NCBI RefSeq assembly: GCF_009914755.1
Contig: NC_060936.1
Origin: the human T2T-CHM13v2.0 reference genome, Homo sapiens
Direction: 5' to 3' (one strand)
DNA: 64,000 nt
In this document: positions 16,901-38,450 of the stretch, piece after piece
Layout: every line of letters begins with the position of its first letter
How positions within the stretch are numbered: position 1 is the stretch's first letter
Notes under the pieces: generated by a model
What the model saw: the letters and a program-made list of their open reading frames with translations, nothing else
Database searches by the model: none
Told to the model about the DNA's origin: nothing
Made by a program: the position numbers and the translations under genes

Positions 16901-17962
16901 TCCATACTAATCAAAGCAATTGACAGATTCAGTGCAATCTCTATCAAAATACCAATGACATTCTTCATAGAAAGAGAAAAAAATCTTTAAATGTGTATGG
17001 AACCTCAAAAGACCCCAAATAGTCAAAGCAATCTTAAGCAAAAAGAACAAAGCTGGAAACATCACACTACCTGGCTTCAAAATATACTACAAAGCTATAA
17101 TAACCAAAACAGCATAGTACTGGCATAAAAATAGACATATATACTAATAAGACAGAATAAAAAATACAGAAATAAATTCACACACTTACAGCTAATTGAT
17201 TTTTGACAAAGACACTAAGAACACACATTGGAAAAAATTCTCTTTGATAAATGGTGCTTGGAAAACTGGGTATCTACATGGAGAGGAATGAAACTAGACC
17301 CCTTGCTGGGTATTTATCCAAAGGAAATGAAATAAGTATGTTAAAGAGATATCCACACTCTCATGCTTATTGCAGCACTATTCACAATAGTCAAGATATG
17401 GAATCAACCTAAATGGCTATCAACAGATGAATGGATAAAGAAAATATGATACATATACATATAATGGAATACTATTCAGCCATAAAAAGGATCAAATTAT
17501 GTCATGTGTAGCAATGTGGATGAGCCCTGAGGGCATTATGTTAAATGAAATAAGCCAGGCACAGAAAGACAAATACTCCACAATCTCACTCAGATGTGGA
17601 ATCTATAAAAGCCGATCTCATACAAGTATAGAGAAGAACAATGCTTACCAGCAGCTGGGGAGGGTAGGCAAGGTGGAAAGGGCTTAATCAACAGGTACAA
17701 AATTACAGTTAGATAGAAGGAGAAAGTTGCGGTATTCTATTGCACAGTAGGCTTACTATAGTTAACAATACTATATTATATATTTTAAATAACTAGAAGA
17801 GAGATTTTTGAATGTCCTTACCATTAGAAAGTGATAAATGTTTGAAGTGATGAATATTCTAAATACCATGATTTGTTCACTACACAATGTATACATGCAT
17901 CAAAACATCACACTGTCCCCTATAAATATGTACAATTATATGTCATTTAAAAATAAAATAAA
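13995..17962 (+). mobile_element. L1 (L1MA/L1PB-like) with 5'UTR, partial ORF1, decayed ORF2 RT region and 3'UTR; two internal deletions
   Basis: ORF1-like coiled-coil remnant at 15330-15548. ORF2 motifs LYANK.ENLEEMDKFL (~15738), [12 protein letters not shown] (~16180) and LP.FK.YYKA (~17070). A-rich end near 17955. Confidence 0.9.
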
Positions 17963-18487
17963 ACATAATTCTCAAAAATACACATTTCAGAGACACTATG
18001 GTGTGCTATTTTTCAAGTCCACATTTCAACCAAAAATTACCAGGCACTACAGTTAACAATATTGTGTTACATATTTCAAAATAACTATAAAAGAGGATTT
18101 TGAACGTTCTTGCCATAAGGAACTGATAAATGTTTGCGGTGAAGAATATACTAAATATGTATATACATTGTGTAATGATCAAGTCATGGTATTTGCTATA
18201 TTTGTCACCTCAAAAGAAAAAGGAAGGTACGACCCCACACTTAAGTCACTGGAAACTGTTTCCAAGTAGGTCTTGATATTGGGTTTAGCGGACAAAGACA
18301 AAACAGGAAAATATGGTTTTAAGAGTTACCAGAGAGGGAATCTCAACATAAAATTAGAAATTAAAGAAAGAACAAAATTGAAATTCTAGATCTGAAAAGT
18401 ACAGTAAATGAAATGAAAAACTCACTGTATACTTCAACAGTAAATTTGAGATGGCAGAAGAAGGAATTAGAAAACCTGAAGATTGTG

Positions 18488-18815
<328 letters not shown>

Positions 18816-19188
18816 AAAACCTGAAGATAGAAGATTAATGGGAATCATCCAATCTGAAGAACAGAGAGAAAAAGAAAACTAAATAAAATTTACAAAGCCC
18901 CAAAGACTTGTGCAAAAATGTTTAGCATCTGATGGATAAATGACTGGAGTCCCAGAGGGAGAAGAGAGAGAAAAGAGGATGGAAAAAATATGTGAAGCTA
19001 TAACTGGTGAAAAACCCTTACATTTAATGAAAAACATTAATTTGCAGTTCCTACCAGCACAACAAACTTAAAATACAAGAATCACAAAGAAGACCAGAGC
19101 TAGCCCACGACAAAGCTGAAGTCACCAAAAATCTAAATGCAGAAAAAAATTAGAGAGGAAAATAATATACTTAACAGCTTACTTCTCA

Positions 19189-19223
<35 letters not shown>

Positions 19224-19226
19224 CAC
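19189..19226. repeat. (CA)n microsatellite
   Basis: Seen directly. Confidence 0.95.
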
Positions 19227-19810
19227 TTCTTGTTTTAATTTTTTAAAAGACAGTAAGTTTTTAAGTAAAAAATCATAACACCATATTGGTGTATTTATAA
19301 CATATATAGATGGAGCATATATATGACAACAATAGCACAAAGGATGGAAGGCACTAAATGGGATAATTACCATTTTAAGTTCCTATATATTTTTTAGCAG
19401 ACATAATTGCTTATTAACTTTATGCAAATTGTGATGAGTTAAAGATGCATATCACAAGCCCCAGGGACAACAATTTTAAAAATGCAAATAAATATAGCTA
19501 GAAAGCCAACTTGAGTATTAAAATATAGAATATTTTGTTATAAAACCTTTGTTAAAATGTTTAACACAAAAAAAGACAGGAAAGGAGGAACAGAGAAACA
19601 AAATAGAGATGAAATGAACTAAATAGTGAAATGGCAGACTTAAATCTAAATATATAAATATTTACAGTAAATGTAAATGACCCAAACACTTCCATCAAAA
19701 GTAAGAGACTGTCAAACTTGATTGAAAAGAAAGCAAAATGTACTAATTATCTGTCTACAAAAGACATACAACAAACACAAAACCACAAATAGTTTGAAAG
19801 TAAACAGACA

Positions 19811-21334
<1,524 letters not shown>

Positions 21335-23445
21335 GAAAGTAAACAGACAGGAAAAGTACAAGATGAAAACAGTAAGCATAAGAAAGCTGGAGTGGTTATA
21401 TTAATATAAGACAATGTAGACATTAAGGCAAGGAGTTGTACTAGAGACAAAAAAAAAAGACATTTCATAATGATAAAAGGGTCAATATAGTAGGAATATA
21501 CCATACTTATGAATGTATGTGCTAAATGATAGAGTATCAAAATGCATAAAGCAAAACTACCAGAAATGAAATGAGAAATATAATCTGCCATGGGATTAGA
21601 GAAAAAAGATAAGAAAATGAGAAACAGACAAATTAATAATTATAGTGGAGGTATAAATATTTCTTTTGTAGTAAATGATTAACAAATAGAAAATCAGTTA
21701 AGAGTATAGATGACTTGAATTACACTATCAATTAACTTGCACTGACTGACATTTACAGAACACTACACTCAGAAGTACTAGAATTTACATTATTTTCTAC
21801 TGCATATGAAACATTCATTGAGATAGACTCATGCTGAGCCATAACACAGGTCTCAATAAAGTTAAAAAAATTTGAAATCATACAGAATATGCTCTCTGAT
21901 CTCAGAATAAATTAGAAAATGCAATTAAATTGGAAAACAGTGACAAAGATCTGAAAAATCTGTAAATTTTTGGAAATTAAACAATACACTTCCAAATAAG
22001 CTATGGATTAAATAAATCGTGATAAATTAGAAAATATTCTAAATGGAATAAAAATGAACACAAAATATACCAAAATTTGTCAGATGCACCAAAAGTAGTG
22101 CTTATTGGAAAATTTATCATTTTATTTGCTTATGATAGAAAGATCAAAATCAGTTATCTAGTCTTCTACATTAAAAAGCTAGAAAAAATTACAAATTAAA
22201 TGCAAAGTAAGTAGAAGAAAGAAAATAAATATAAAAATGGAAATTTTATCTTAATAAAGAAGAAAAATGGACAATATCATGAATGATAATGGGGACTTTA
22301 CAGATCCTACAGACATTAAGAGGTTAAGAAAAACATTATAAATAGCTTCATATCAATAAAAACAATAACTTAGAAAGAAGGGATAAATTCCTTGAAAGAT
22401 ACATTTTTAAAACTAACTCAAGAAGAGTTAGAAAACTGAAATAGTTCTGTAGCAGTGAAAGAAATTAAATTTACAATTAATAACTTTTCAACAAATAAAA
22501 ACCTTCATATCTAGCTTCACGCGTGAATTCTATTAAACACTTAAAGAAGAAAATGGGCTGGGCACAGTGGCTCACACCTGTAATCTCAGCATTTTGGGAA
22601 ACCAAGGCAGGAGGATCACTTGAGCCTAGGAGTTTGAGGCTGCAGTGAGCTATGTTCACACCACTGTACTCCAGCCTGGGGGACAGAGTGAGACCCTGTC
22701 TTTAAAAATAAATAAATAAATAAATAAATAGAATAAAATAACACTAATCATATACATGCTCTTAAAACACTTAGGAGAAAGAAATAATTCCACATTTAGG
22801 ATATGAGGATAAGCTTATCCTAAAACAAAAACCATCATAAGAAAAGCAGACTACAAACAAATATGTCTCATGAATGTAAATGAAAAAAATCATTAACACG
22901 TTAGTAAACTGAACTAAAAATAAATACAGAGAATAACACATCATGACTGAGGATTAACCCAGGAATTTCAAGTGGTTTAACATCTGAAAATCAATCAATG
23001 TAACTTATCATATTAATAAAGGAAAAAATTCATATGATCTTTTCAACAATTGCTGAGAAAGAATTCAGAAAAATGCAACACTCATTTATTGATAAAAATA
23101 TTAAAGAAAGTAGGAAGAGCAGGGACCTTCCTTAACATTATAAAGGGCATCTACAAAAAATCTGCAGTTAACATCATACTTAATGGTGAAAGACAATACT
23201 TTTCACCCTAGGTCAGGAATTGGGCAAGGATTTGCATGCTCACCACTTATGGTCTCCATTATTCTGGAGGTCTTCTCCAGCACAATCATACAAAAAAACA
23301 ATCAAAGACATACAAGGGATGGAAGAAGTCAAACTGTCTTTATTTAGAGATGTCATGATTGTATATATAGAAAATCCCAAGGAATCTACAAAAAAGCTAT
23401 TAGAAAGATCTCAGGATAATAATGTACAAAAAAATCGTAATACAT

Positions 23446-23980
23446 TGTGGTAGTTTTCAAATTTCCACAAATTCTTTGGCACCCTTCTCTTTAAAAGGTG
23501 GATTCTAATCGCCTTTCCTTGAATGTGGGCTGGTCATAACACCTTGCTTCTAATTAATAGAACCTGGTGGAAGTGAGCGTGTGTGACGTCTGAGGTGAGG
23601 TCACAATAGGCATTACTATTTCTGCCTTGTTCTTTTGGATGGCTTCGTCTGGAGCCAGGGGTCTTGCCATGAAGGACATTCAAGCAGTTCTGAGGAGAGG
23701 CCCAAGTGAAGAGGAACCAGTTGCCAGCACCACCCTGTCAGCTATGTTAGTAAGTCGTTTTGGAAGTGCATGTTCCAGTCTCAGTTAAGCTATCAGAGAT
23801 TTTAGCCCCTCAGTCATTGAGTCTTCCAGCTGAGGCCCCAGTCACAGTAGAGACAAATTATCCCCACTGTGCCCTATCTAAATTCCTGATCCACAGAAAC
23901 CATGAGTAACTAAATCATTATTGTTTTTAGCCACTAATGTTTGGAGCAATTTGTTATGTGGCAATGGGTAACCAATAAAT
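23446..23980 (+). mobile_element. MaLR LTR (MLT1F/G-like) inserted in the old L1
   Basis: Starts tgtggtag; 3' part 'aattcctgatccacagaaaccatgag...ttttagccactaa...ttgttatgtggcaat'. Confidence 0.75.
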
Positions 23981-25081
23981 ACATATGAGCAACAAACAAC
24001 TGAAAAAAGAATAAAAAAAATTTTGATTACAGTAGCATCAAACATTACTTAGGATTTAACTTACTTAAAGGTATGTAAGACCTAAATACTGAAAACTACA
24101 TGATATGACTCAAATTAAAGACTGAAATAAACAAATAGATTATATTAGTAGATTGGAAGACTCAATGTTGTTGACAAGTAAATTTTCTCTGGATTGGTTA
24201 AAACTATCAGATCTTTGTGCTGAGGTCTTCACACAATTGTATTGGCTGCCATTTCAGTGCCGTCATTTTCTAGTGATTTATCTCTTTGTCTTACCTCCTT
24301 GATTATTAATTTGCATTGCCAAAATAAGTAAATGTGTGGGGAGGGCTAGTGCAAGGCTTCTCCATTCCTTACTCAGCCTTAGCTGTTACCAGGCAAACAG
24401 ACCATGTATTCAAAACCCTTCTTGTTAGGGACAGAAACTCCTAGAACAAGGCCATTCAAAGCCACTTTCCTTTGGGTATCCAGTGCCTCAGGCAAGTGTT
24501 TTTTGTTGTTGTTGTTGTTTTGTTGTTGTTTGTTTGTCTTTTTTAACAGGGCCCCTGCCTATATAAACAATTTGATTAAAAACATATATTTAAAAATTCA
24601 TCGGTACATGTGAGATATGATGATTTATCATTGAAGATTTAGGATGATGGGCAGAGAAAGGCAATCTGTTTTGTCTATTGTCCAATCAGTGCACGTGAAG
24701 ATTTGTTACAGTATCCAGGTACCATCTCTTTGTATTCTTTATTATTAAATGCATTGTTCTTGGCTAATTTCCTATTTTTTGTTATGAGAAAAAGGTAGCA
24801 ATACTGTTATTACAAAACCATGACTTTTTGGAACCTGTTTGTTTTGAAACAACACAGATCTCCTTGCCTCTGCAGTTCCCTAACACCATTTTCTTAATGA
24901 CTTTGCGACATCTACCACTCTACCTGTGAATCCTGGCTTCTAATGACTCAAAAATCCTTATTATGCTTTGTTAATGATGACCACAAATGCAAGCCTTACC
25001 CAGAGTGTTAAAAAAATTGTGAATGATAATTTGTTTTATGGTTACTAAAGCTACACTGGGAATTTTACAGTGTAAACATAG

Positions 25082-25432
<351 letters not shown>

Positions 25433-27369
25433 CTGTTTAAATGTTAAGTGCATGTATTTGAAAGTAGGTACATAAAAAGATAAAAGAACAGGCTCAAAGC
25501 CCCAGGAAAATTTAAGTAAAGTTTTCATAATTTAAGGCTTCACAATTTAAGTCAAGTCTTCATGAGTCAAATCTCTTTTCATGCTGAACCCTCCCCCACC
25601 TTCACTCCTCACCCACGGGCACCAGTGGGTAGGATAGGTGAGAAGCCTATAAGTCGAGCTGGAAGAGCTGTCCCAATCACACCAGAAAAATCCATCTGGC
25701 TTAAGACTGACCCAAGACAGTAGGAAGTCACATCACCAACTGCAGCAAAAGATTTGCTGCAAAGGCCCGTTTGTGTTGTGGAGCAAGGTTCTCAAAAGGC
25801 CTCAGAGGGGCCAGGCCTAGCCCGCCCCAAGGACTGACCGACACATGGTACAGAGCTGCAGGGGTGAGGAGGCCACGACAGGGGCCAGATGTGGAGCTCA
25901 TAGGTCGAAGTTCGCTTTACCGTCCTCCCCTGCTGCATGCTGAAACCCGAGGGTAAGAGGTGGTTTTCAGTAGCATAGAGCCCTGAACATATGCTCTGAC
26001 ATGAGAGTCACCCCAGGTCATCGTGTGACCACCGTTCTGACAGCTCAGTTATGCACCATCTTGCAAAAAATATATACTGTGAGGGCCAACTAGAGGAATC
26101 TGCTTACCAGGACCAGGCCATAGGCTTGAGTCCCAGAGCTCCTTAGGGCATCTTGTTGAACCCATGCGTGGGCAGGAATGGAGGAGAAGAGCCCCCAGAT
26201 AGGGAGTCCACATGCGTTGCTTTCTGGACTCAGAGAAGCTGACCTGGATGGCTCTGCCACCTTGGTCAGTCTTGGGCACTAGAAGGGGATTTTGAAATTT
26301 TCTGGAAAGGAGCTTTCTAAACTAGATGCACAGAGACACAGGTCAAGATACTGCCAGCCTGGCCAGTCTCAGGATGCTGGAGGGGGATTTAGGTAATTTT
26401 CATGAAGGTAATTCCAAGCTGGGAGGGTGGGGTTCCTGTGCCCAGACCTAAGGGTGGTACTGAGGTTATCAGCACCTGGTATACTTTGGTATACTTTTGA
26501 CCTTCCCTGGGTATTGCATGTTAGCCTCTTTAGGTGAAATAATTTCCTCAATCTCCACTTTGTATTTTAGAAAAGACTAAAAAAGACCAAGCCTGTTAAA
26601 CAACTCCATCAAAGAAAAACAAGGAAGCCATCCAGCTTTGTTCTGGACTCAGCAGCTAAGATGGCATGAGCTTCATCGTAAAGCATAGTTCTATGTCATG
26701 TCTACTGGATGAATCCAATGTGGCTGGTCCCTTAATAAAATAAGTTGTAACATAAATGAGACTGCACATGTTTTCCTGTTTGGTGCTGAGAACAAAGCTG
26801 CCCAGTTAGAGAAAATATGAATCCCACTGTTCCATTGGCTCCTGTAAAAATGTTTTGGGGTATATATAAAACTGTCTGTTGCTCTCTTGGAGATTCAATT
26901 GCTCCAAAAAGCTCTACATATTATCTACGAAATCTACTTGTGTATCTCATCTGGAAGGATACATATGCAAATGTTAACAGGATTATACGTTTCATAAGAA
27001 AATCTTCCATGACCTTCTCCATCACTACCTCTGGGATCCAGGACTGTTAACACTACTGGAGAGCATTGTATTCCACAGAGATTTCAAAGCAGTGCACATA
27101 ACATCTGAATATTGCATTTTATCACAAAGATGAGGAAGAGGAAGAATACTGGACTGCTCTGTCTCTTGCTGTCCTTAAATGTCAGTGTAATAGAATGTGA
27201 AAGAATCAAAGCACAGTCTAACTCAGAGAGAGGAGTCCCCAGTCCCCCTCAATGCTAAAACAACTAAGCAAACTAAGACAAAGATGAAATCAAATTGGTT
27301 TCAAAGAAAGGATCAGGTCACAAGGACAGAGAAATACTGGGTTATGCCCTTGGTCAGAATTCCTGATAG

Positions 27370-27762
<393 letters not shown>

Positions 27763-27980
27763 TTAAAGGTCAAACTGGTTACAGTGTATCCAGTTGAACC
27801 CTTAGATGTTTGGTGTTTTCCCCTTGACTTTGCTCATAATGTTTCCTGAGGAGGTTGGGGCTAACACATGCTAACACACATGCTTTGTTGGATTCACAGA
27901 GTGAGTTTTGTTGTTTTAAATACATAGTTTTATCTTAAGTTGGAGGGTCTGGAAATTCTTGGATGGAGAACAGACAGTGA

Positions 27981-28343
<363 letters not shown>

Positions 28344-29166
28344 TCCACTGTTTTCTTAAACCAGTCCTGCTTTATTCATTTACCTCACCTGCCTATTGCA
28401 TTTAGGCCCAGGAATTTGCAGCCTCTCCTCTACTGGGACTGTCCTCCCGTCCATCTCTACTTTTTCAAATTCTAGCCATCCTTTCAAATTCTAGCCACTT
28501 TGAGATAGCCATGTTCATGGTCTATCTCAAAGGTTGTCCTCTCTTTCCCCAACAATCAGATGTGAGTCTCACCTCCTTGGAATGGACAACACTGGTTACA
28601 CTTCTTTTGTAGCACATACAGTATCCAGTAATATTATTACTCTTATTCATATTACACTTTATATTGTCCTCTTGAGTATAGTGTAAGGTTTATAAACTTA
28701 CACATTCATTCATCCATTCATTTGGCAATTTATTAAGTACTCAATGCCACACACTGAGGTTAAGTGCTGTGGATAGTGCAGTAAATAAAAGAAACACTAC
28801 AGGCCCTCAAGGTGGTACCTGAGTGCAGGATCAGCCATGTCTTCATTGCTTCTGCCGCAGAGCCTAGCAAAGAGTCTTGTACTTGATACATACTCAGTTG
28901 GCATTTGTTGAAATAAATTTAGATGTAGCCATTTACATTTACAAAGTGTCTTCTATTTGGCAATTCTAGTAACCTTGTTTATGTCATTCTATTAAATAAA
29001 AGTATTTGAGCTATATTTCTTCAAAAGCCCTCTGAAAATCAGATTGTTTGTTAATATATACTAACCATTAAACATTTCTTCTCCCATTGCAGTTAACACT
29101 GAATCACTAAGGTTTTATCCAGGAATAGTACTCAAAGTGCTCAGATGTTCCTTTAAATTCATTTAC

Positions 29167-29311
29167 CTGGGTAACTGCTGAAAGAGAGGCGACTACTGCT
29201 GGTATCTTTATCTATGATGTTGAAGTCCCAGTGTTTATATATCCTGAGCATGGCTGCATACGTGTACCAGCTTGAGTGAGCAAAAAGGATGTTCTCAAAT
29301 CCAGGAAGAAC
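29167..29311 (-). CDS. PLBD1: PLBD1 exon 6 (145 nt)
   Basis: [49 protein letters not shown]; acceptor ctgtag|GT, donor CAG|GTAAAT. Confidence 0.96.
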
Positions 29312-29521
29312 CTACAGCCAGAATCATAGTGGATTACACAGATGTACATAGCTAACTGACTGCAATTGTCTTAAGTGTAAGAGGCATACAGGGATTGTGC
29401 CATTTCAGGTAAGTGTTTATTGCTATACTGATTATTGGAAAATATGGCCAAGGAGTCAAGATTAACCTTTAATGTGGCCCCAAACAGACTCTTCCTTCTA
29501 ACATTCAAAATGGAAGACTCC

Positions 29522-30644
<1,123 letters not shown>

Positions 30645-30796
30645 TTAACAGGTACGCTAGATTTTTATTGTAGCTTATAAAATAATTGTTATGGCTTTAT
30701 AGTTTAAAAGAGCTGTTTTGGCATGTTTTGATAGCCCCAGAATTTGGGAGTGGCTCCTTGGAGAGTAAAACAGAGCTTTCTGTTTGCACTCTACAG

Positions 30797-31005
30797 CAGT
30801 GCTTCTCAACCTTGGCACTATTGACATTTTGAGCCGGCCGATACTTTCTTTTCAGTTGTTGTGCGTTGTGAGATGTTTAGCGTCATCCCTGGCCTCTACC
30901 CACTAGGTACCAGCAGCAACTTCACAGTTGTGGCAACCAAAAATATCTCCAAGACTTTGCCAAGTGTCCTCTGGAGAGAAAACCACTCTTAGACAAGAAC
31001 CACTG
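30797..31005. mobile_element. MER20 DNA transposon
   Basis: cagtgcttctcaacc...ccctggcctctacccactag...agaaccactg, with terminal inverted repeats. Confidence 0.85.
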
Positions 31006-31399
31006 CTATACAGCAAAAACATTCAACTAAGATGCTTTTGGTTTTGATTGTGTGTTTACTATAAGACTAACTGACCAGCCAGCATTGACTTTGAAGCAAT
31101 TATCAGATTGTACTTGAACATGAACTTTGTGCAAACTGGAGAGCACGGCTCCAGGAAGATTCAATCTGCTGGAGCAGGTCCGGGTTAGGCATCAGCAAAT
31201 TGGTTTTGGGGTAGAGGTGGTGGGAAGACAAACACAAATGACATTTTAACCAAAAAACTAAAACCAAAGCAAAAATTCAATCCAATTTTTATTTATATAA
31301 ATATCATCTCTGTTTTGTTTGTTTGAATAAATTATTCATTTATTAGTCAAGATTTAAAAAAAATTATAACAAAGTTTATATCAGAAAGTCTCCTCCTTA

Positions 31400-33377
<1,978 letters not shown>

Positions 33378-33380
<3 letters not shown>

Positions 33381-33526
33381 TATATGTGTATATACACATA
33401 TATATACACACATATATACACAGACATGTACATGTATATATGTGTGTATATATGTATACATATACATATATATACAAATACTGGACAAAATAGACAAAAA
33501 GTTCAAAGAAAAGCTATGCACTTAAT

Positions 33527-33565
<39 letters not shown>

Positions 33566-33602
33566 TGGTCAAAATAGGCAAAAAGAGAGTTATATAATAT
33601 AA

Positions 33603-33645
<43 letters not shown>

Positions 33646-33750
33646 TGGCAAAATAGACAAAACATAATAAATGTAACATGTTATATAATATACAGATTAT
33701 ATACATATATACTGGCAAAATAGACCAAAAGACAGTTATATAATATACAT
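33378..33750. repeat. Compound (TA)n/(CA)n microsatellite with four copies of actgg(n)caaaatagacaaaa
   Basis: Motif copies near 33480, 33564, 33644 and 33711. Confidence 0.85.
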
Positions 33751-34275
33751 TTTTCATTTAGACATATATTATCATGGGAAATAAAATATCCATAATTTTG
33801 GAAGTACATCAAATGGTACATTGGAAGCCTTAGTGATTCAGTAAAGCTTTCCCCCAGAATTAGAATGTATATGTGTTTGTGTGGATATGTGTTTATGTGA
33901 ATGTTGTGGAGTGTGGGAAACATAGAACTTGTATACTTAAACATCTTGTCTTAATGAGCATGCAGTCTAAAACACTAGTTTTATCAGATTAGCTAAAAAC
34001 CCAGTACATTCATACTATGCTTTTTAACCTAATCCTGAGCCCAGTATTATGGAAGATTGAAAATACACAGAAACAAGTTGGCTTATTTGTGTTTTGGGCT
34101 TGTAATTTTGTAAGTTAGGTGCTGCAATATGAGAGCTATGACAGTTCTTTTCCGTAAGGAATTTATACTGTAGTTCTACTTTGACCTGCTTCTAAATTGG
34201 AATGTTATTTTAAAGATAACATTCAATATTCTTACCATACTCTATAAATTCTGAGAAGCTTGTTTAAAGTCCTAC

Positions 34276-34414
34276 CTTTGTCCCTTCTAATATAGCCCTC
34301 TTCTTTGCTCCTACATAGAGGCCATCTATTTGTGCCATCACATAGCCTGTATGTCTCCAAAATGAATCAGTCTTGTATTCTTTGATATTTTTCCGGGTCC
34401 ACTTATCTTGCTTC
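34276..34414 (-). CDS. PLBD1: PLBD1 exon 4 (139 nt)
   Basis: [46 protein letters not shown]; acceptor ttccag|G, donor AAG|GTAGGA. Confidence 0.97.
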
Positions 34415-35719
34415 CTGGAAGAGAAATTAGATTTGCACCACAGTCTCAATAGTTGCTCATTCAAAGCTAAATCAAAGCAGGCATTGAGAGATTATATACT
34501 CAGACACTTATGCTAATGTGATTTAAATTCTAGATCTTGTAACACTCCAGTCACTCAAAGGACTTCAGGGCAAATTCTAACTGATTTTTAATTTCTCCCT
34601 AGGGTTATGATTCTTCTTTCACAGCTTCTTCTGTGCTGTATCTAGAACAAAAGCATAAGTGTGATAGTGACCTAACTGTGATACAAGACCTAAACATGTC
34701 AAGGAGAGACTATCCAAATGCATTTTGTGTAAAACCACAATGTTTCACAAAGTCAATAAAGGTAGGTTGATTCACCTTAGTTTTAGTTGTAGAAGTAGTA
34801 AAGTTAAACAATGGGACAAAAATCTAAGGACAAGGTGGTTTATATCTGTTTGTATTTCTCTCAGATCATTTGCATAGCTTATGATTCATTCCGTTTCAGT
34901 TGTTATTAGTAACCGCTTCAATGCCTCTGTCCTAGCATGGTAGCAAAAATGTCATTTTTTAATGGTCCTTTCACTCTTCTTCCAGTTCTCTGAACTTTTA
35001 TGGGATGATTTGATATAACTTTGCGTACTGAAAACTATTTCTGACTTGTCCAGGCTATCACTAGCTCAATCTTAGAATAATGTCATTGCTTCATGGGATC
35101 TAGCCCAGTGGTTTTTAACTGAAGCTCTATAGGACTTTAAGCATTTCACGAAGAGGTTGCTTAGAGTGCAGTTTGGAGGGCCAACCCAAGAGCCTTTCTG
35201 TCCCCAAATTAATCTGCTGTCATCCCACAAATGTAAACACATTTAAAACTTTAGTCTTAGAAAACTTTATTAAAATGGAAATATTCTCAGAGGGTGTTAA
35301 GAGTTATAACTTTAGATATTATTGAAGACCTCAGCTAGGATTAGTAAGCAGGCTCATGAAAAGGAAACATCTTAAAGAGCGAGGAGAGGGGATCCCTGAA
35401 AAAAGGAGAAGGGCCTCCATGAGGAACAGACCCAGGGACTTAACACTGGTACTTCACACTGGTGATGTTCCTCTAACCGTGTTAGCAATTGAGTATGCGA
35501 TATTCAACTCAACCTTTGAAAGAGCTGAAATTAGAGAGCATGTTGTCTGCAACCACTTTTCATGCCATTACCAAAAAGTGCTATACCCTACTACAAGAAT
35601 AACTCTAGAGTCCTGCTAAAGAGATTAAAAAGAAATTGGCAAAAAATTGCTGCTTGAAATTACAGATTCAGTGCCTCCAACATTTAAAACAATGAAAAGA
35701 GAAAAGCTATTATACGTAC

Positions 35720-35803
35720 TCCATAAAATCCTGCACTTTATCCATGATGGAAGGTTTCGTGATCAGCTGTGGGTAGAGGTTTGTGTAGTGGTCATTCATG
35801 TGT
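35720..35803 (-). CDS. PLBD1: PLBD1 exon 3 (84 nt)
   Basis: (P)[28 protein letters not shown]; acceptor tttcag|A, donor GA|GTACGT. Not in the ORF track; read manually. Confidence 0.95.
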
Positions 35804-35929
35804 CTGAAATGATACATGAAAATTATTACATTTATATTTTTCTTCTTGGATTTCTCCATCACAGTAAATTATTCAATCATTTGGCTAACTAGGATGTCCC
35901 TTATTACAAACTCTGCCTACTATCTTTTT

Positions 35930-38450
<2,521 letters not shown>

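Noticed and set aside
15330-17300. L1 ORF1/ORF2 as functional coding sequence
   Set aside because: Many stops, frameshifts and large deletions.
28463-28497. 16-bp tandem duplication tttcaaattctagcca
   Set aside because: Ordinary slippage duplication with no sign of function.
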